Of a DNA stretch of 64,000 nt, positions 16,910 to 27,300 are shown piece after piece. Numbering within the stretch: position 1 is the first letter of the stretch; each line of letters opens with the position of its first letter. The position numbers were made by a program, and so were the translations under genes. This DNA comes from Candidatus Thorarchaeota archaeon (GTDB taxonomy: Archaea; Asgardarchaeota; Thorarchaeia; Thorarchaeales; Thorarchaeaceae): NCBI GenBank assembly GCA_048882485.1, contig JBHLRP010000002.1, positions 6,527-70,526 of the forward strand. Direction: 5' to 3'. The notes below the pieces were generated by a model, which was given only the letters and a program-made list of their open reading frames with translations, was not told where the DNA came from and did not search any database.

Positions 16910-18205
16910 CTAGGTGTGTTCCAGAGCCTGAACAAGTGCCTTCAGAGTGTCCAAATCCATCTCATGGATTTGCTCCTCTGGGATGCCGGCCAGCATTTCA
17001 TCAGGCACCCCTGCGAGAACTTTTGCCTTCTCTTCGCCGTATTTCTCGGTGAAGTCCTGAAGTCGACGTTCGTCATCACTCATGCTGGCGGTGGCAGCAA
17101 GCTCCTCTAGCTCCTTGACAGTCATTCGCTGCAGTTTACCATCGCCAACTGAATCGACTACTTCTGTGGGAAGCGTTTCAATTATTGCCTCTTTCTTCGA
17201 TAACTTCTTGGAAAGATCCTCTTCAGGAGCTGAGGTTTCAGTTGTTGATGCAATCAGCGCTTCAAGTTCCTCATATGTCAATGTCTTGAGAACATCGTCT
17301 GAAACAGATTCCCTCACTTCATCTGGAATCATCTCTATAAGTTCCTGCCTGCTTGGCCCTTTCTTCTTTCTGCGGACTTTTTTGACCTTCCTGACCTTCA
17401 CTGCTTTCTTCTTAGGCTTCTCTTTGGGCTTCGCAGCGGGCATCGCTGTTGTCAAGGAGGTGACCAATTCTTTTGCTGTATCGGGAGTGAGTCTTCTCAG
17501 GTCCTCCTCCGGTAGAGTTTCGCGAAGCTCATCTGGTAATTCACTAAGAATCTCTTCGACCTCTGGAGAAACACCTGCAGTCTTTCTCGGGATTTCATCA
17601 GAAGGAGCCGCTGCTGCAGCTTCGGCTACTCCTGGCAATACTATTGGCGTTTCTTCCAATCCCTTGATGAAATCTGTAACATCGATTTCAATCTCGAAGT
17701 CCTTTGCTCGCCAGGCTAAGTATCTATCAATGGCATCGGAATCTACATTCATCTTACTCAATCTCGAACGTATAACAGTGTCCTGAATGTCAGGAAAGCC
17801 AGCGATAAGATCTTCAACATCACCTGAATCAAGTCTTGCCCAAATTGGCCCATTTAAGAGCTTGGAGAGTCCTGCAGCACAATGCGATCTGACCCAAGTA
17901 TTGATGTCTTGGAGTCCTTTCAGTAGATTAGGAATTGTTCTTGGCTGATGATAAAATGCTAGAGCTTGGGCGGCTGCAATTCTAACACTGTCATCCTCAT
18001 CGGTCATTGCTTTGATTATGTCAGTCACAATGGTGGGATCGCCAACATCAATTGCTGCTAGAAGAGCCCGCTCCCTCACGACGTCGGAGGCATCAGAAAA
18101 TGCAGTAACTAGTGCCTTCTTCACCCTTTTATCCTTTGAAGCACGGATTCCGACTTCTTCCGTTTCGAACTCCAGTAGCAGACGTCTTGTTTCAGACAAG
18201 AGCAA
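16910..18205 (-). CDS. HEAT (PBS-lyase-like) repeat protein with four C-terminal ~35-aa helical repeats
   Basis: D...VRERA, D.DDSVRIAAAQAL, D.NTWVRSHCAAGL repeats; L/I-P-D/T-E repeats. Confidence 0.8.
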   Translation of the reverse strand: MLLSETRRLLLEFETEEVGIRASKDKRVKKALVTAFSDASDVVRERALLAAIDVGDPTIVTDIIKAMTDEDDSVRIAAAQALAFYHQPRTIPNLLKGLQDINTWVRSHCAAGLSKLLNGPIWARLDSGDVEDLIAGFPDIQDTVIRSRLSKMNVDSDAIDRYLAWRAKDFEIEIDVTDFIKGLEETPIVLPGVAEAAAAAPSDEIPRKTAGVSPEVEEILSELPDELRETLPEEDLRRLTPDTAKELVTSLTTAMPAAKPKEKPKKKAVKVRKVKKVRRKKKGPSRQELIEMIPDEVRESVSDDVLKTLTYEELEALIASTTETSAPEEDLSKKLSKKEAIIETLPTEVVDSVGDGKLQRMTVKELEELAATASMSDDERRLQDFTEKYGEEKAKVLAGVPDEMLAGIPEEQIHEMDLDTLKALVQALEHT

Positions 18206-18382
18206 TCCTCCGTGGCGCGAGTGAATCTAGGGGATGAACTAGTTATTTGCTTACCTAGTATCCACCCATTAAGTTCGAAGAGCCACGCCTAGTTATTAAA
18301 TTTGGCAATATGTATACCCTTCTTGTGTATCCTACCGCGCCTTACCGGATGAGATTTAGGTGTGAAACTCCTCCAGTAACAT

Positions 18383-19213
18383 ATGGGAGCCAGCAATTTA
18401 CGCCCCGATGATTTAGGGGCACGTCGAGTCTTACTATTCTCCTTGACGCTCTTTCTGATTCATCTTCTTTACGAAACCATAGGGATTGTCACAGCATCAA
18501 TGGATGAGGTAACTAGAGGTCTCATCAGCACAGTCCAATTCTTCGGTCTGTATCTACTGATGTATTTTGCAGTGATACTCTTCTTGCGTTGGGAGCGAGG
18601 TGGTGATGTAACTAGTTTGGGACTGCAGACTGAAAGCAAAACGTTGCATCATCTCATCGTAGGTGGGGTAGCTGGGGCTCTGGCAGCAGGGCTGGTTTAT
18701 TTGATTGCATTATTCTCTGGAGGTGACCTCCGACCTGCTATTGATATAACTGGGGACCTGATTGCGAACCAGATCATATTCACAATCCCTGTAGCTCTCT
18801 TCGAGGAGATAGTCTATCGCGGCTATCTATTGACTAGGATGGAGCTAGTTGTAGGACGTTCATTTGCCATTCTAGGCGGTTCGCTCTTGTTTGCATTACT
18901 CCACTTCGGCTGGTGGCTTCCATTGGGTACTATTCCAATACATCTGATTCTGATATTCACATTCAACCTATTCTTGGGTGGAGTGGTTCTAAGCTACAGC
19001 TATTTCTGGTCTGGCAAACGGCTGTGGGTTCCAATCGCCTTTCATTATGCTTGGAATATTGTAGCATTCGTCATGTTTCCAGTTTACCCTCTAGAACCCG
19101 TGAACATGGTTGAGATATTTCAGATCGAATGGGGAATCACGACAGTCCTTGGTTTTCTATTTGGCTTATCACTGATCTGGGTGCTCCTGAAAGAAGTTTT
19201 GAAGAATAAGTGA
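18383..19213 (+). CDS. CPBP (CAAX/Abi) intramembrane metalloprotease
   Basis: EEIVYRG, FALLH, HYAWN motifs. Confidence 0.9.
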   Translation: MGASNLRPDDLGARRVLLFSLTLFLIHLLYETIGIVTASMDEVTRGLISTVQFFGLYLLMYFAVILFLRWERGGDVTSLGLQTESKTLHHLIVGGVAGALAAGLVYLIALFSGGDLRPAIDITGDLIANQIIFTIPVALFEEIVYRGYLLTRMELVVGRSFAILGGSLLFALLHFGWWLPLGTIPIHLILIFTFNLFLGGVVLSYSYFWSGKRLWVPIAFHYAWNIVAFVMFPVYPLEPVNMVEIFQIEWGITTVLGFLFGLSLIWVLLKEVLKNK

Positions 19214-19234
19214 GGGTCGGGGAAACCCGACCCT
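19213..19234. terminator. GC-rich hairpin between convergent genes
   Basis: AGGGTCGGG-GAAA-CCCGACCCT, perfect 9-bp stem with GNRA loop. Confidence 0.5.
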
Positions 19235-19246
19235 GACTATAATAGA

Positions 19247-19948
19247 CTAGTGCTGATTAGACTCCCCAGGGGCCTCGTGGCCCACAATCATTGTCAAGCC
19301 GGTTATCCCGCGGACAGATACACTCTCTCCCTTACTGATAGGCGGTCCATCTGTTCTGGCTCTCCAAATGGCTGCACCTGCTTTCACCTTGCCAGTCGGA
19401 TTGATGTCTGAAATGGCAATTATATCATGCATCTTATCATACTCCGAGAATTCGGGCCACTTGTCATAGCCCCGAAGGAATATGCCATAGAGCACCATCA
19501 ATCCCATGACCGTTCCTACCATGAGATAGACGGTAATTGTCCTTGTTGGATCAATGAGCACTGATAGCAGAATTGCCACGCCATAGAATGGAAAGAGTTT
19601 GCATGTCACTTTCGCATCTATAAATCCGCCGTCAACGAATCCTCCTCCCCCCGTGAAAATAGCGAGCATCAGGAAGAGTAGTCCAGCTATGACGATTAGC
19701 TGTGTGATATTAAATGAGGTTTCTGGCCTGAAGAAGACCTGCATGGCAAAGAGAATCAGCACGATTGGAACTATGACCTGAGCCATTGCCTTGCCACTTG
19801 CTGGTTCAACTGCCACAACCATCAGGGTCAGCACAATTGCCACAAGAATCAATCCGACAAATGGATCAAACAGGACATATCCAATGAGGACACTGAGCAG
19901 TGACATCAGCAATAGCACGACGAAGACCTTAATCCATGCATCCATCAT
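19247..19948 (-). CDS. NfeD-family membrane protein
   Basis: Multiple TM helices plus C-terminal OB fold (P.GKVK.G.IWRA...I.KGE.V.V.GI.GLTM.V); adjacent to SPFH gene. Confidence 0.85.
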   Translation of the reverse strand: MMDAWIKVFVVLLLMSLLSVLIGYVLFDPFVGLILVAIVLTLMVVAVEPASGKAMAQVIVPIVLILFAMQVFFRPETSFNITQLIVIAGLLFLMLAIFTGGGGFVDGGFIDAKVTCKLFPFYGVAILLSVLIDPTRTITVYLMVGTVMGLMVLYGIFLRGYDKWPEFSEYDKMHDIIAISDINPTGKVKAGAAIWRARTDGPPISKGESVSVRGITGLTMIVGHEAPGESNQH

Positions 19949-19968
19949 GTCAACCTCTCAGTGTTACT

Positions 19969-20808
19969 CTAATCTTCATCAGCCATTCCCTTGTTCTTGG
20001 GCACTCGTAGTCCACCAGTGCCTGCAGACATCGCAGCTGCTGTAGCTGTGGTTACACCCACTTCAGGTATGTTTGTAGGCACCATGATTATCAAGTTCGC
20101 GTTCTTTGATATCTCCTGCATGATATTCCAAGTTCTGAGGACAAAGCCAACATTGGATTCTTCGTACCTCTTAGCTGCTTTCAACATATTCTCCGCAGCT
20201 TCAAGTTCAGCTGTTGCCAGAGTGATTCTTGCACGACGCTCTCTCTCAGCTTGTGCCTCCCTACTCATCGCGTCTTGTAGTGCTGCTGGAATTACAACGT
20301 CGCGGATTTCCACAGATGTGACCTTAACACCCCAGTGTTCAGTTTTCTCATCAATAAGCTCCTGCAAATGTTCCGCTATCTTGTCTCTTTCTGCTAGAAG
20401 TTCATCAAGTGTGACCTTTCCAGTAGTTTCTCGCAGAGTGGTTTGAGCAGCCAATTCGACAGCAATAGTGTACCTTTCGACACTGAGAATCGCTTTCTCC
20501 GGGTCAATCACTCGAAAGTACATGACTGCGTCTACAACTACCGGAACGTTATCCTTCGTTAGAGACCTCTCTGTCTTGAAGGCATAGGTCAATAGCCTGA
20601 GGGAAACCTTCATTGCAATCTTGTCAAGAATTGGTGTGACCCAAGTTATACCAGGACCCTTGATGCCTTGGAACTTACCGAGTCGAAGAATCGCAATGCG
20701 TTCCCATTCTCTGAGGACCTTGATTCCACTAGCAATAAACATCAGTATGAAGAGGAACACAAATCCGATGAGGAGTACCGTTCCCCAATATGGATCAATA
20801 AACTGCAA
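19969..20808 (-). CDS. SPFH/stomatin (slipin) family protein
   Basis: ER..ILRLGK...GPG, LTKDNV, AQTTLR, WGVKVTSVEIRD, AERERRA. Confidence 0.95.
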   Translation of the reverse strand: MQFIDPYWGTVLLIGFVFLFILMFIASGIKVLREWERIAILRLGKFQGIKGPGITWVTPILDKIAMKVSLRLLTYAFKTERSLTKDNVPVVVDAVMYFRVIDPEKAILSVERYTIAVELAAQTTLRETTGKVTLDELLAERDKIAEHLQELIDEKTEHWGVKVTSVEIRDVVIPAALQDAMSREAQAERERRARITLATAELEAAENMLKAAKRYEESNVGFVLRTWNIMQEISKNANLIIMVPTNIPEVGVTTATAAAMSAGTGGLRVPKNKGMADED

Positions 20809-20952
20809 TCTCTATTTTCTCCTGTCCTAGTCCAAGCATTTAGCTTAGACGAAACGGATGTGATACCCCCGTTCTGTGTGTCAATTCACGGGAACGCATA
20901 TGAAGCTTCGTCTCGATGCCGCCAAATTTCCATTCATATCTGACAAGACTCT

Positions 20953-21753
20953 CTAGATTTGTGAATCATCAATTTCTTCTTCAGAAAGTTCCAAGACTCC
21001 CTCTCCCCATGGTTGAGTCGGCAAGGGCAGAAGTGACTTGGATAGGGTCATTGAAAGCGCAAAGATGACAAAGGCAGCCGCAAATGATGCAATTAGCCTC
21101 TCAACAGGGTAGATGAAAATGATAAACGTATACCATCCTGCCACGGTAGCCGCATCGGTTCCTAAAGCAACAAATAGGAACGAGCCAACTGCTGAACCAA
21201 CCAATTGATCACCAAGAACCGCAATCAGACTGAAAATCCAGATGGCAAAGAAACCAACATATGGCTTCATGCCTTTGGTTCCATCAAGCCCATCCAACAT
21301 GGGTGTCCTGATTTTGGGTATTAGGAATAGAAATGACATCAGGAATGCAATGATATGGAACCACAGGAAATAATATGACAGAAGTCCAATTGGGCTGATC
21401 ATAAAGAGAGCAATCGCAATTATATAGACCACGGGGACAATCAGTGCTTTTCTCACTCTCAGGGCCCCAGCAATAAATGCGCTAGTTGTTGGAGCTATTG
21501 GAGTAAGCCACAGCAAGGGATGTGCAAGGACATCTATCGCCACTCCAAGGAATGAACCAATGAATACTGAAATGATACCGTAAATCGGTCCAAGTAGATA
21601 TCCAATTATTGGGGCTGCTATCAGGCCTAATGTGAGAGCACCTCCAGTCCCTATTGCAAATGTCATTGGAAAAATGGTCATTACTAGCTGTACTGCAGCG
21701 AAAATTCCCACAAGAGCCCACGGGTAAGCGCCAGTTTTCGAGAAATTCGACAT
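20953..21753 (-). CDS. ECF-type transporter S-component-like membrane protein
   Basis: APIIGYLLGPIYG motif, ~7-8 TM, YPVER near the C-terminus. Confidence 0.65.
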   Translation of the reverse strand: MSNFSKTGAYPWALVGIFAAVQLVMTIFPMTFAIGTGGALTLGLIAAPIIGYLLGPIYGIISVFIGSFLGVAIDVLAHPLLWLTPIAPTTSAFIAGALRVRKALIVPVVYIIAIALFMISPIGLLSYYFLWFHIIAFLMSFLFLIPKIRTPMLDGLDGTKGMKPYVGFFAIWIFSLIAVLGDQLVGSAVGSFLFVALGTDAATVAGWYTFIIFIYPVERLIASFAAAFVIFALSMTLSKSLLPLPTQPWGEGVLELSEEEIDDSQI

Positions 21754-21834
21754 CTCTTTTCCACCATCACTAAATGTACTTCAGTAAACTACATAGGCAG
21801 TTTTGTACACTAGACCACTGCCCTAAACGAGTAT

Positions 21835-23190
21835 ATGAACATGTTGGAGACAAGTGAAATGGCGTCAAAGGAGAATCTCTGGCCCTATGTAATGTTCTTA
21901 CCGGAGGACTTGAAGCATAAACAGCTGTTCATCAAGAAAGTGCTTGCTGCAAAAGTTGCATCTGGAGTACTTGCATCATTCGACAAGAATGGCAGAGCTT
22001 TACAACGTGATCTTGTACAGAGCCTGCCTCATTCAAATAAGAGCATACTTTCATACCTGAACACGCTCAAAGAGTTCGATCTCATTACTACAGATACTTC
22101 AGTGGAAGGCGGAAAACGTGTCGTCATTCATACTTTAACGAAAATCGGATGGGGAGTTGCCCGTCTATTTTCCGCCAGTCTTCCATCTGATCTTGGTGAT
22201 CTCACTGCATCTCTGCTTGAAGACTATCTCTCTAGTCTTGTTTCTCTATATCGTGATCGCGGCCTTGATTCGTCCGCGATCTTCGATGTGTTTGCTCGAA
22301 CGCGGGCTGCAGCCATCCTAAAAGGGTCACAAGTTTATGAGAAACCTGATTACATCTTGTTTGGCGCATCCGCATATTTTACGACAATCAGCTGTTCGAA
22401 AATACCTGCTCTGGGAGGAGAGATGGGCTGTAGTGTTCCTCATCGGGAACCTGGAGGCTCAACAGTGGAGCTAGCAATCGCCCTTTCAGATGCGGGATTT
22501 CCTGTTACGCTGGTTTCCTCTGTTGGCAATGATCAGGATGGCTGGTCTGTGATATCAAATCTTGCAAGCCAAAATGTGGATGTATCTCGTTTTGTAGTGG
22601 AGGATGAAAAGCACACAAACGAGACTATCATAGTTGATGAGGATGAAGGTACTCGAACTCTGGTTGGCATTGGAGAGATGTCCGCACTTTCCTTGACTTC
22701 TCCTTCCCAAGTGCCTTGGGATATCATTAGCACTGCTAAAGTGGTCTATCTGGGCGAGATATTCCTTGAGGTTGCAGTTTCAATCGCAGCTTATGCAAAA
22801 GCAAATGGGGTGCCTACAGTGTATCGATGCTCGCCACATTTCTGGAAGCGAGGTGTACACGAGATTGAGCCCGTTCTGAGTCAGATTGATGTGTTAGTGA
22901 TATCGAAGCGCGAATGGACTGAGGTCAAGAAACAACTAGGATCGAATCCCATTCCCACACTGCAGAGCGTGACAGATGCAGCTCTGATTGTGATGCAAAA
23001 CAAGGAAGCTTTCAAGGTCTTCACGGATAAGGCCTCTAAGCCCATTTGGCACGTTCGCGAGTACTCAACTGAAGATATCACACAATGGTTCATGGCGAAA
23101 TTCCTACAATCGCTAGCTAAAGGAGCAAGCGTATCAGAGGCGTTCGCCGCGGGAATGAAGCATGAGCAGAAAAAGAAGCCAAGAACCTAG
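21835..23190 (+). CDS. winged-helix + PfkB/ribokinase-fold fusion (likely pseudokinase regulator)
   Basis: N-terminal wHTH (SNKSILSYLNTLKEFDLI...LTKIG); PfkB PGG...VGNDQDG; lacks DTxGAGD. Confidence 0.75.
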   Translation: MNMLETSEMASKENLWPYVMFLPEDLKHKQLFIKKVLAAKVASGVLASFDKNGRALQRDLVQSLPHSNKSILSYLNTLKEFDLITTDTSVEGGKRVVIHTLTKIGWGVARLFSASLPSDLGDLTASLLEDYLSSLVSLYRDRGLDSSAIFDVFARTRAAAILKGSQVYEKPDYILFGASAYFTTISCSKIPALGGEMGCSVPHREPGGSTVELAIALSDAGFPVTLVSSVGNDQDGWSVISNLASQNVDVSRFVVEDEKHTNETIIVDEDEGTRTLVGIGEMSALSLTSPSQVPWDIISTAKVVYLGEIFLEVAVSIAAYAKANGVPTVYRCSPHFWKRGVHEIEPVLSQIDVLVISKREWTEVKKQLGSNPIPTLQSVTDAALIVMQNKEAFKVFTDKASKPIWHVREYSTEDITQWFMAKFLQSLAKGASVSEAFAAGMKHEQKKKPRT

Positions 23191-24125
23191 CTGCTGGATG
23201 ATGCAGCAATCCAGAAGAACAGGCCACCCAGAATCCATACGAACAATCCAGCACCTAGAACTATGCCTAGAGTTGCACCCATGGTCGATGATCCCAGATT
23301 GACATGGACATTAGTAAACTGCTTGAATCCACCCACATACTTTGTTTCATAACTGCAATGAAACTCCTTGTCTGTGATAGCGCCACAAATCTCGCAAACG
23401 AATCTATTCTGGGCAACAGCGCCAATCAAGCTATCGAGGTTGCATCCTATGAACCCTGTAAGGATGGACAATGGAATTATGAACATGAACTGTGCAGCAT
23501 TGGCAACTGGGACAGAACCCCACTCTGATCCAGAAGATATCAGTGCAAAGACAATGGCGATTATGCCTATCAACAGACCAGCTGCAGCGGCTACAGCCTC
23601 ACCCAGAAGCGACACAGCTCCAATTGTGCCTCTTGGGACTTTTCTCCTTAGATTGGTGATTAGTCTAGGCTTGGTTTTGCTAAATACACCTATTTCAGAA
23701 GCCAATGTGTCGGCTGCAGTTGTTGCTACCGCTCCAACGAAGCCTCCAAACATCCAGAAGGGGTCGATTCCCAAAGATGGATATGTCCTAGCAAAGTACC
23801 AGGCAGTTGAGAAGAACAGAGGGATTATCCCACTAGCTAGAACATTCCTGTAAGACCTCTTTCCCTTTGCCTCTTGAGCTAGCCCTTGCTTCGCCTTGGC
23901 TTTGTATTTGAATTTAGTAGCTAGGCCAGAAGTCAAGAAGAAGAACAGCAGAATAGTGAATGCAGGTGGCCCTCCAGTATACCAAACTGCAAAACCCACT
24001 ACAAAGGCGCTAATCATTCCTGAAATGTCAAGAAATCCTGCCTTATACGCGAGGACGCCAACTAGGGCCATCACAAGAAGCCCGGACACTACCGGGTGGG
24101 TCAATAGCTCCTGCATCAGATTCAC
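23187..24125 (-). CDS. DUF92/TMEM19 family membrane protein
   Basis: RSYRNVLASG, ADTLASEIG, LITNLRRKVPRGTIGAVS, DSLIGA, NVHVN. Confidence 0.9.
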   Translation of the reverse strand: MNLMQELLTHPVVSGLLVMALVGVLAYKAGFLDISGMISAFVVGFAVWYTGGPPAFTILLFFFLTSGLATKFKYKAKAKQGLAQEAKGKRSYRNVLASGIIPLFFSTAWYFARTYPSLGIDPFWMFGGFVGAVATTAADTLASEIGVFSKTKPRLITNLRRKVPRGTIGAVSLLGEAVAAAAGLLIGIIAIVFALISSGSEWGSVPVANAAQFMFIIPLSILTGFIGCNLDSLIGAVAQNRFVCEICGAITDKEFHCSYETKYVGGFKQFTNVHVNLGSSTMGATLGIVLGAGLFVWILGGLFFWIAASSSS

Positions 24126-24372
24126 ATCCGCAATACGTTACTTCAGTCATTGATTCACTTGTTGATTCCGACAATCACCATGTTAATACAGTTCTATGAC
24201 CATATACCTGCTTTCAGCAAACTACTCCGATTAACAAATGGCGGCCGTGCTGTCCCTATTATACCTTTGCTAATTGAAAAGACAAATGTCGAACTCTGCA
24301 TCGTTTTTCTTCTAGGATTGTTTTATGGTCTTAGAAGTGTTAGACACTTGTATGATATATCATACAAATCAA

Positions 24373-27300
24373 TCAGTACACTGTGAATTGCTTTTGGTCC
24401 TGCCGAACTGCCCTGTCTGGAAGCGCCTTTCCATCCTGAGTGATAACGGCATCCAGGTAGAATCCAGTGACCATATCAACAGGGGGTGTAGTCCAATGGA
24501 AGGTGATTTCCTCTTCGCCCCCATCAACATCGGAAAGCGAAGCCTTGAACTGTTTCACTATCTCTCTTCTTGACATAACCCTGAGAATTATCCCTAGGTC
24601 TTTCATGCCTTCTTTCAGACCGCATATCTTGGCACCGAGGTCCACCTTTGTAAGCCTCGCGACAAGTCCGGGTATATCCTCACCTGATTTCTTTCGAATC
24701 CAGAGATCGACATCAAACACTGGGCTCTCAATAGCCTTGACCTTAAATCGCTCCTTTCTCTCCATAGTGAGTCTGCCGCACTTCGCGATAGCCTTTAGAT
24801 GTGCCGTACTCATCTCTGCATTCAGTGGCACGCGCAGCTTTATGGGCAGAATCTTGCTCTGACCCGGCTCCAGAGTTCGAGAGCTTTTAAGAAGTTGATC
24901 GGTTCCTCCAATGGACTCCAATTCTATTCTGATTTCATACTTCAGTTTCTTACCTGTGATATTAGTCAGATGAAGGACAGGCCTGATTTCCTCGTCTGGC
25001 AACACAAACGCAGGCACTCCTGCAAAGCTCATGCTTGCAATCTGTCCTTCAGGACCATCGGATAGGGCTATCTCAGTGGATCTCTGATCAATGACTGTGC
25101 CGTCATATGTCAGCTTTGCAGTTAGGGTTACGCTAGCTGGTTTCTTCTTCCCTTTTGGCTCTGGAATTGTGACGGGACCAAATGCCAATGAGAGATTCTT
25201 GCTTTGCTTTACCGTCTGCTCAAGGATAGCTTGCTCATCCTCGTCTGGGAACTTCAGCGAAACTACCAATCCAGCTGGTCCACCTAGTTCTGTGTTGCGT
25301 CGAACCCTCAACCATCCAGCAATCTTGCCTCCAATGTGAGCTGTATCCGGAGCGCGTAGTGAGTCAATATTGAGCAGAACCCCGAGGCGATCGATTCTGA
25401 AACGAGTGGTTTCTATGGAAGTGACTTCCTTCCCCTTGTCCACCAATGAGGATACAATTACACCTGAACGGTGTGACAACTCTTCTGATTCGATTGGTGG
25501 CACTCGCCACGTAAATCTCACAGTCGCCTCAGTAACCTCCTTAATGCCAAATCGAGCTATTTCAAGGTGCTCGCCCGAATCAGAGCGAAACTCGACTATA
25601 AGAAATGCAGATTTGCTCATAGAATGTTTCTTTGATGAGAGTTCAATCTCGCCAACAACTAAATCTCCAGGATAATAGACTCCCTTAATGTCTGCATCAA
25701 ACAGAAGTTGAGGGCCTTTCCTAGCGAATCCAATATAGAATGGCTTTGACATCACTGAGGTGATTAGCTCTTCTTCAGCATCTACAAGATTAAGCCGCAA
25801 TATGCATCGTTCAACGCCATGTGAAGCATCAGTTGGGACTATGAGGTCTGGGAGGCTTGTTTGGTCGAAAAGCAATGTGTCCAGACTCTCTACATGAAGC
25901 TTATCCGTTACTATAGCAAGTACTCGTTCTTTTCGCGGAGATATGACTGCTATGTCTACTGTTACATCGGTTGCTTCTGGGAAGTTGGTTTCAATGTCGC
26001 CCACATAAAGAACGGGCGTCTTCCCATCAGAGAATTGTGTCGTGGTGCCGGGTTTGATGTTGGCCTTCATCCAGTATGTGGTCAATGTTCCGGTCAGGTG
26101 TATCTGTTTCCCGGCTAGAGTGATTGTCACAATAATGTTGTACGCAGTAACATCCTTGGTGGTCTGGAAAGCAATTCGTTCGGTATGAATCTGACCTGAG
26201 CTGATTTCTTGAACGGTTCGTATACCCTCGTGGACCACATTTCGGTCTGAATCTTCTATAGCAAAATCCACTCCAAGGTTGAGGAGAGGACGATCACCAG
26301 TATTCCTGAGTGAAACGACAAATTCAGCTTCCTGCCCTGCAAAAAGCTGCTCTATGTCTGTTAGAATCTCTGGTTCGAGACCAGTCCACCAGCACAACCA
26401 TGTAGGCAATTTTGGTGTTCCTTCAAGTGGGTCATATACCCAGTTAGTACAGCATTCTCTCGTGATGTCAGCCAGACTTTTCAGAAGGACTACCATATTC
26501 ATCTCCGATTTTGCGTAGACATCCAACTGGAAGTCTGCGCTGGTAGTTCTTGGTGGTACGACCTCGCTCCCAAACACCGAAATAAGAATGGACTGCATAA
26601 ATGGATTATCAACGACATCCAGCTCCTCCAACTCATCTCGAATCAGATATAGCATTGATACTACAGCATCGCCCATGAAGCGGTTTCTTCTTTTTTTCTC
26701 GATGGCACCGTCGTCATCTATAATGTGGTTGTAGATTTGCATGAATTCGGGATTATCGGTTTCAGTGCCCGGTCGAAACGGACCCCACAGTCCCGCCGAA
26801 ACAGATGATTCACGGTTTGCTGCAAGTGATTTCGCCCCAGCATTAGGTATCTTCTCTCCCCGTTCCACCATTCTCTTGGCCTTCAAAGCAAGAGCTTGAA
26901 GCAATAATGCAATGCCAATCCTACGTGGTATTGACAATTGTGTGTCAAAGACTCGCAGTTCAACCGTCCCCAGCCTATGAAATGGATACATATCGACCAT
27001 TCTGGCATAACTACGATTCACGTGCCTCGCAAAGGCTTCCTTATCAGGTTGTACCATATATGGAATGAGTTCAAACTCATTTGTAGGTCCAAGCTGGGTC
27101 GTATTTCTAATGAGTCTAATTGACCTCTTGCATCTTGGCGCCCTTGTCCGTCCCTCCTCATCAATTTCAACAACATCAGTCGGTTTCTTATTCTCGAATG
27201 GAGAGTTAACGGAGAGGGCAATGAGATGAGGGATGAAATTTCGAAGCATATTGTATACAGCTATTCTTACCTTGCCATCTACATCTGGTCCCAGAATATG

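Noticed and set aside
17082-17786. 234-aa + strand ORF
   Set aside because: Antisense shadow of the HEAT-repeat gene, with Ser/Phe-rich composition.
24150-24573. Two short + strand ORFs between the DUF92 and ligase genes
   Set aside because: No SD or motif; one overlaps the ligase antisense; probably promoter or intergenic DNA.
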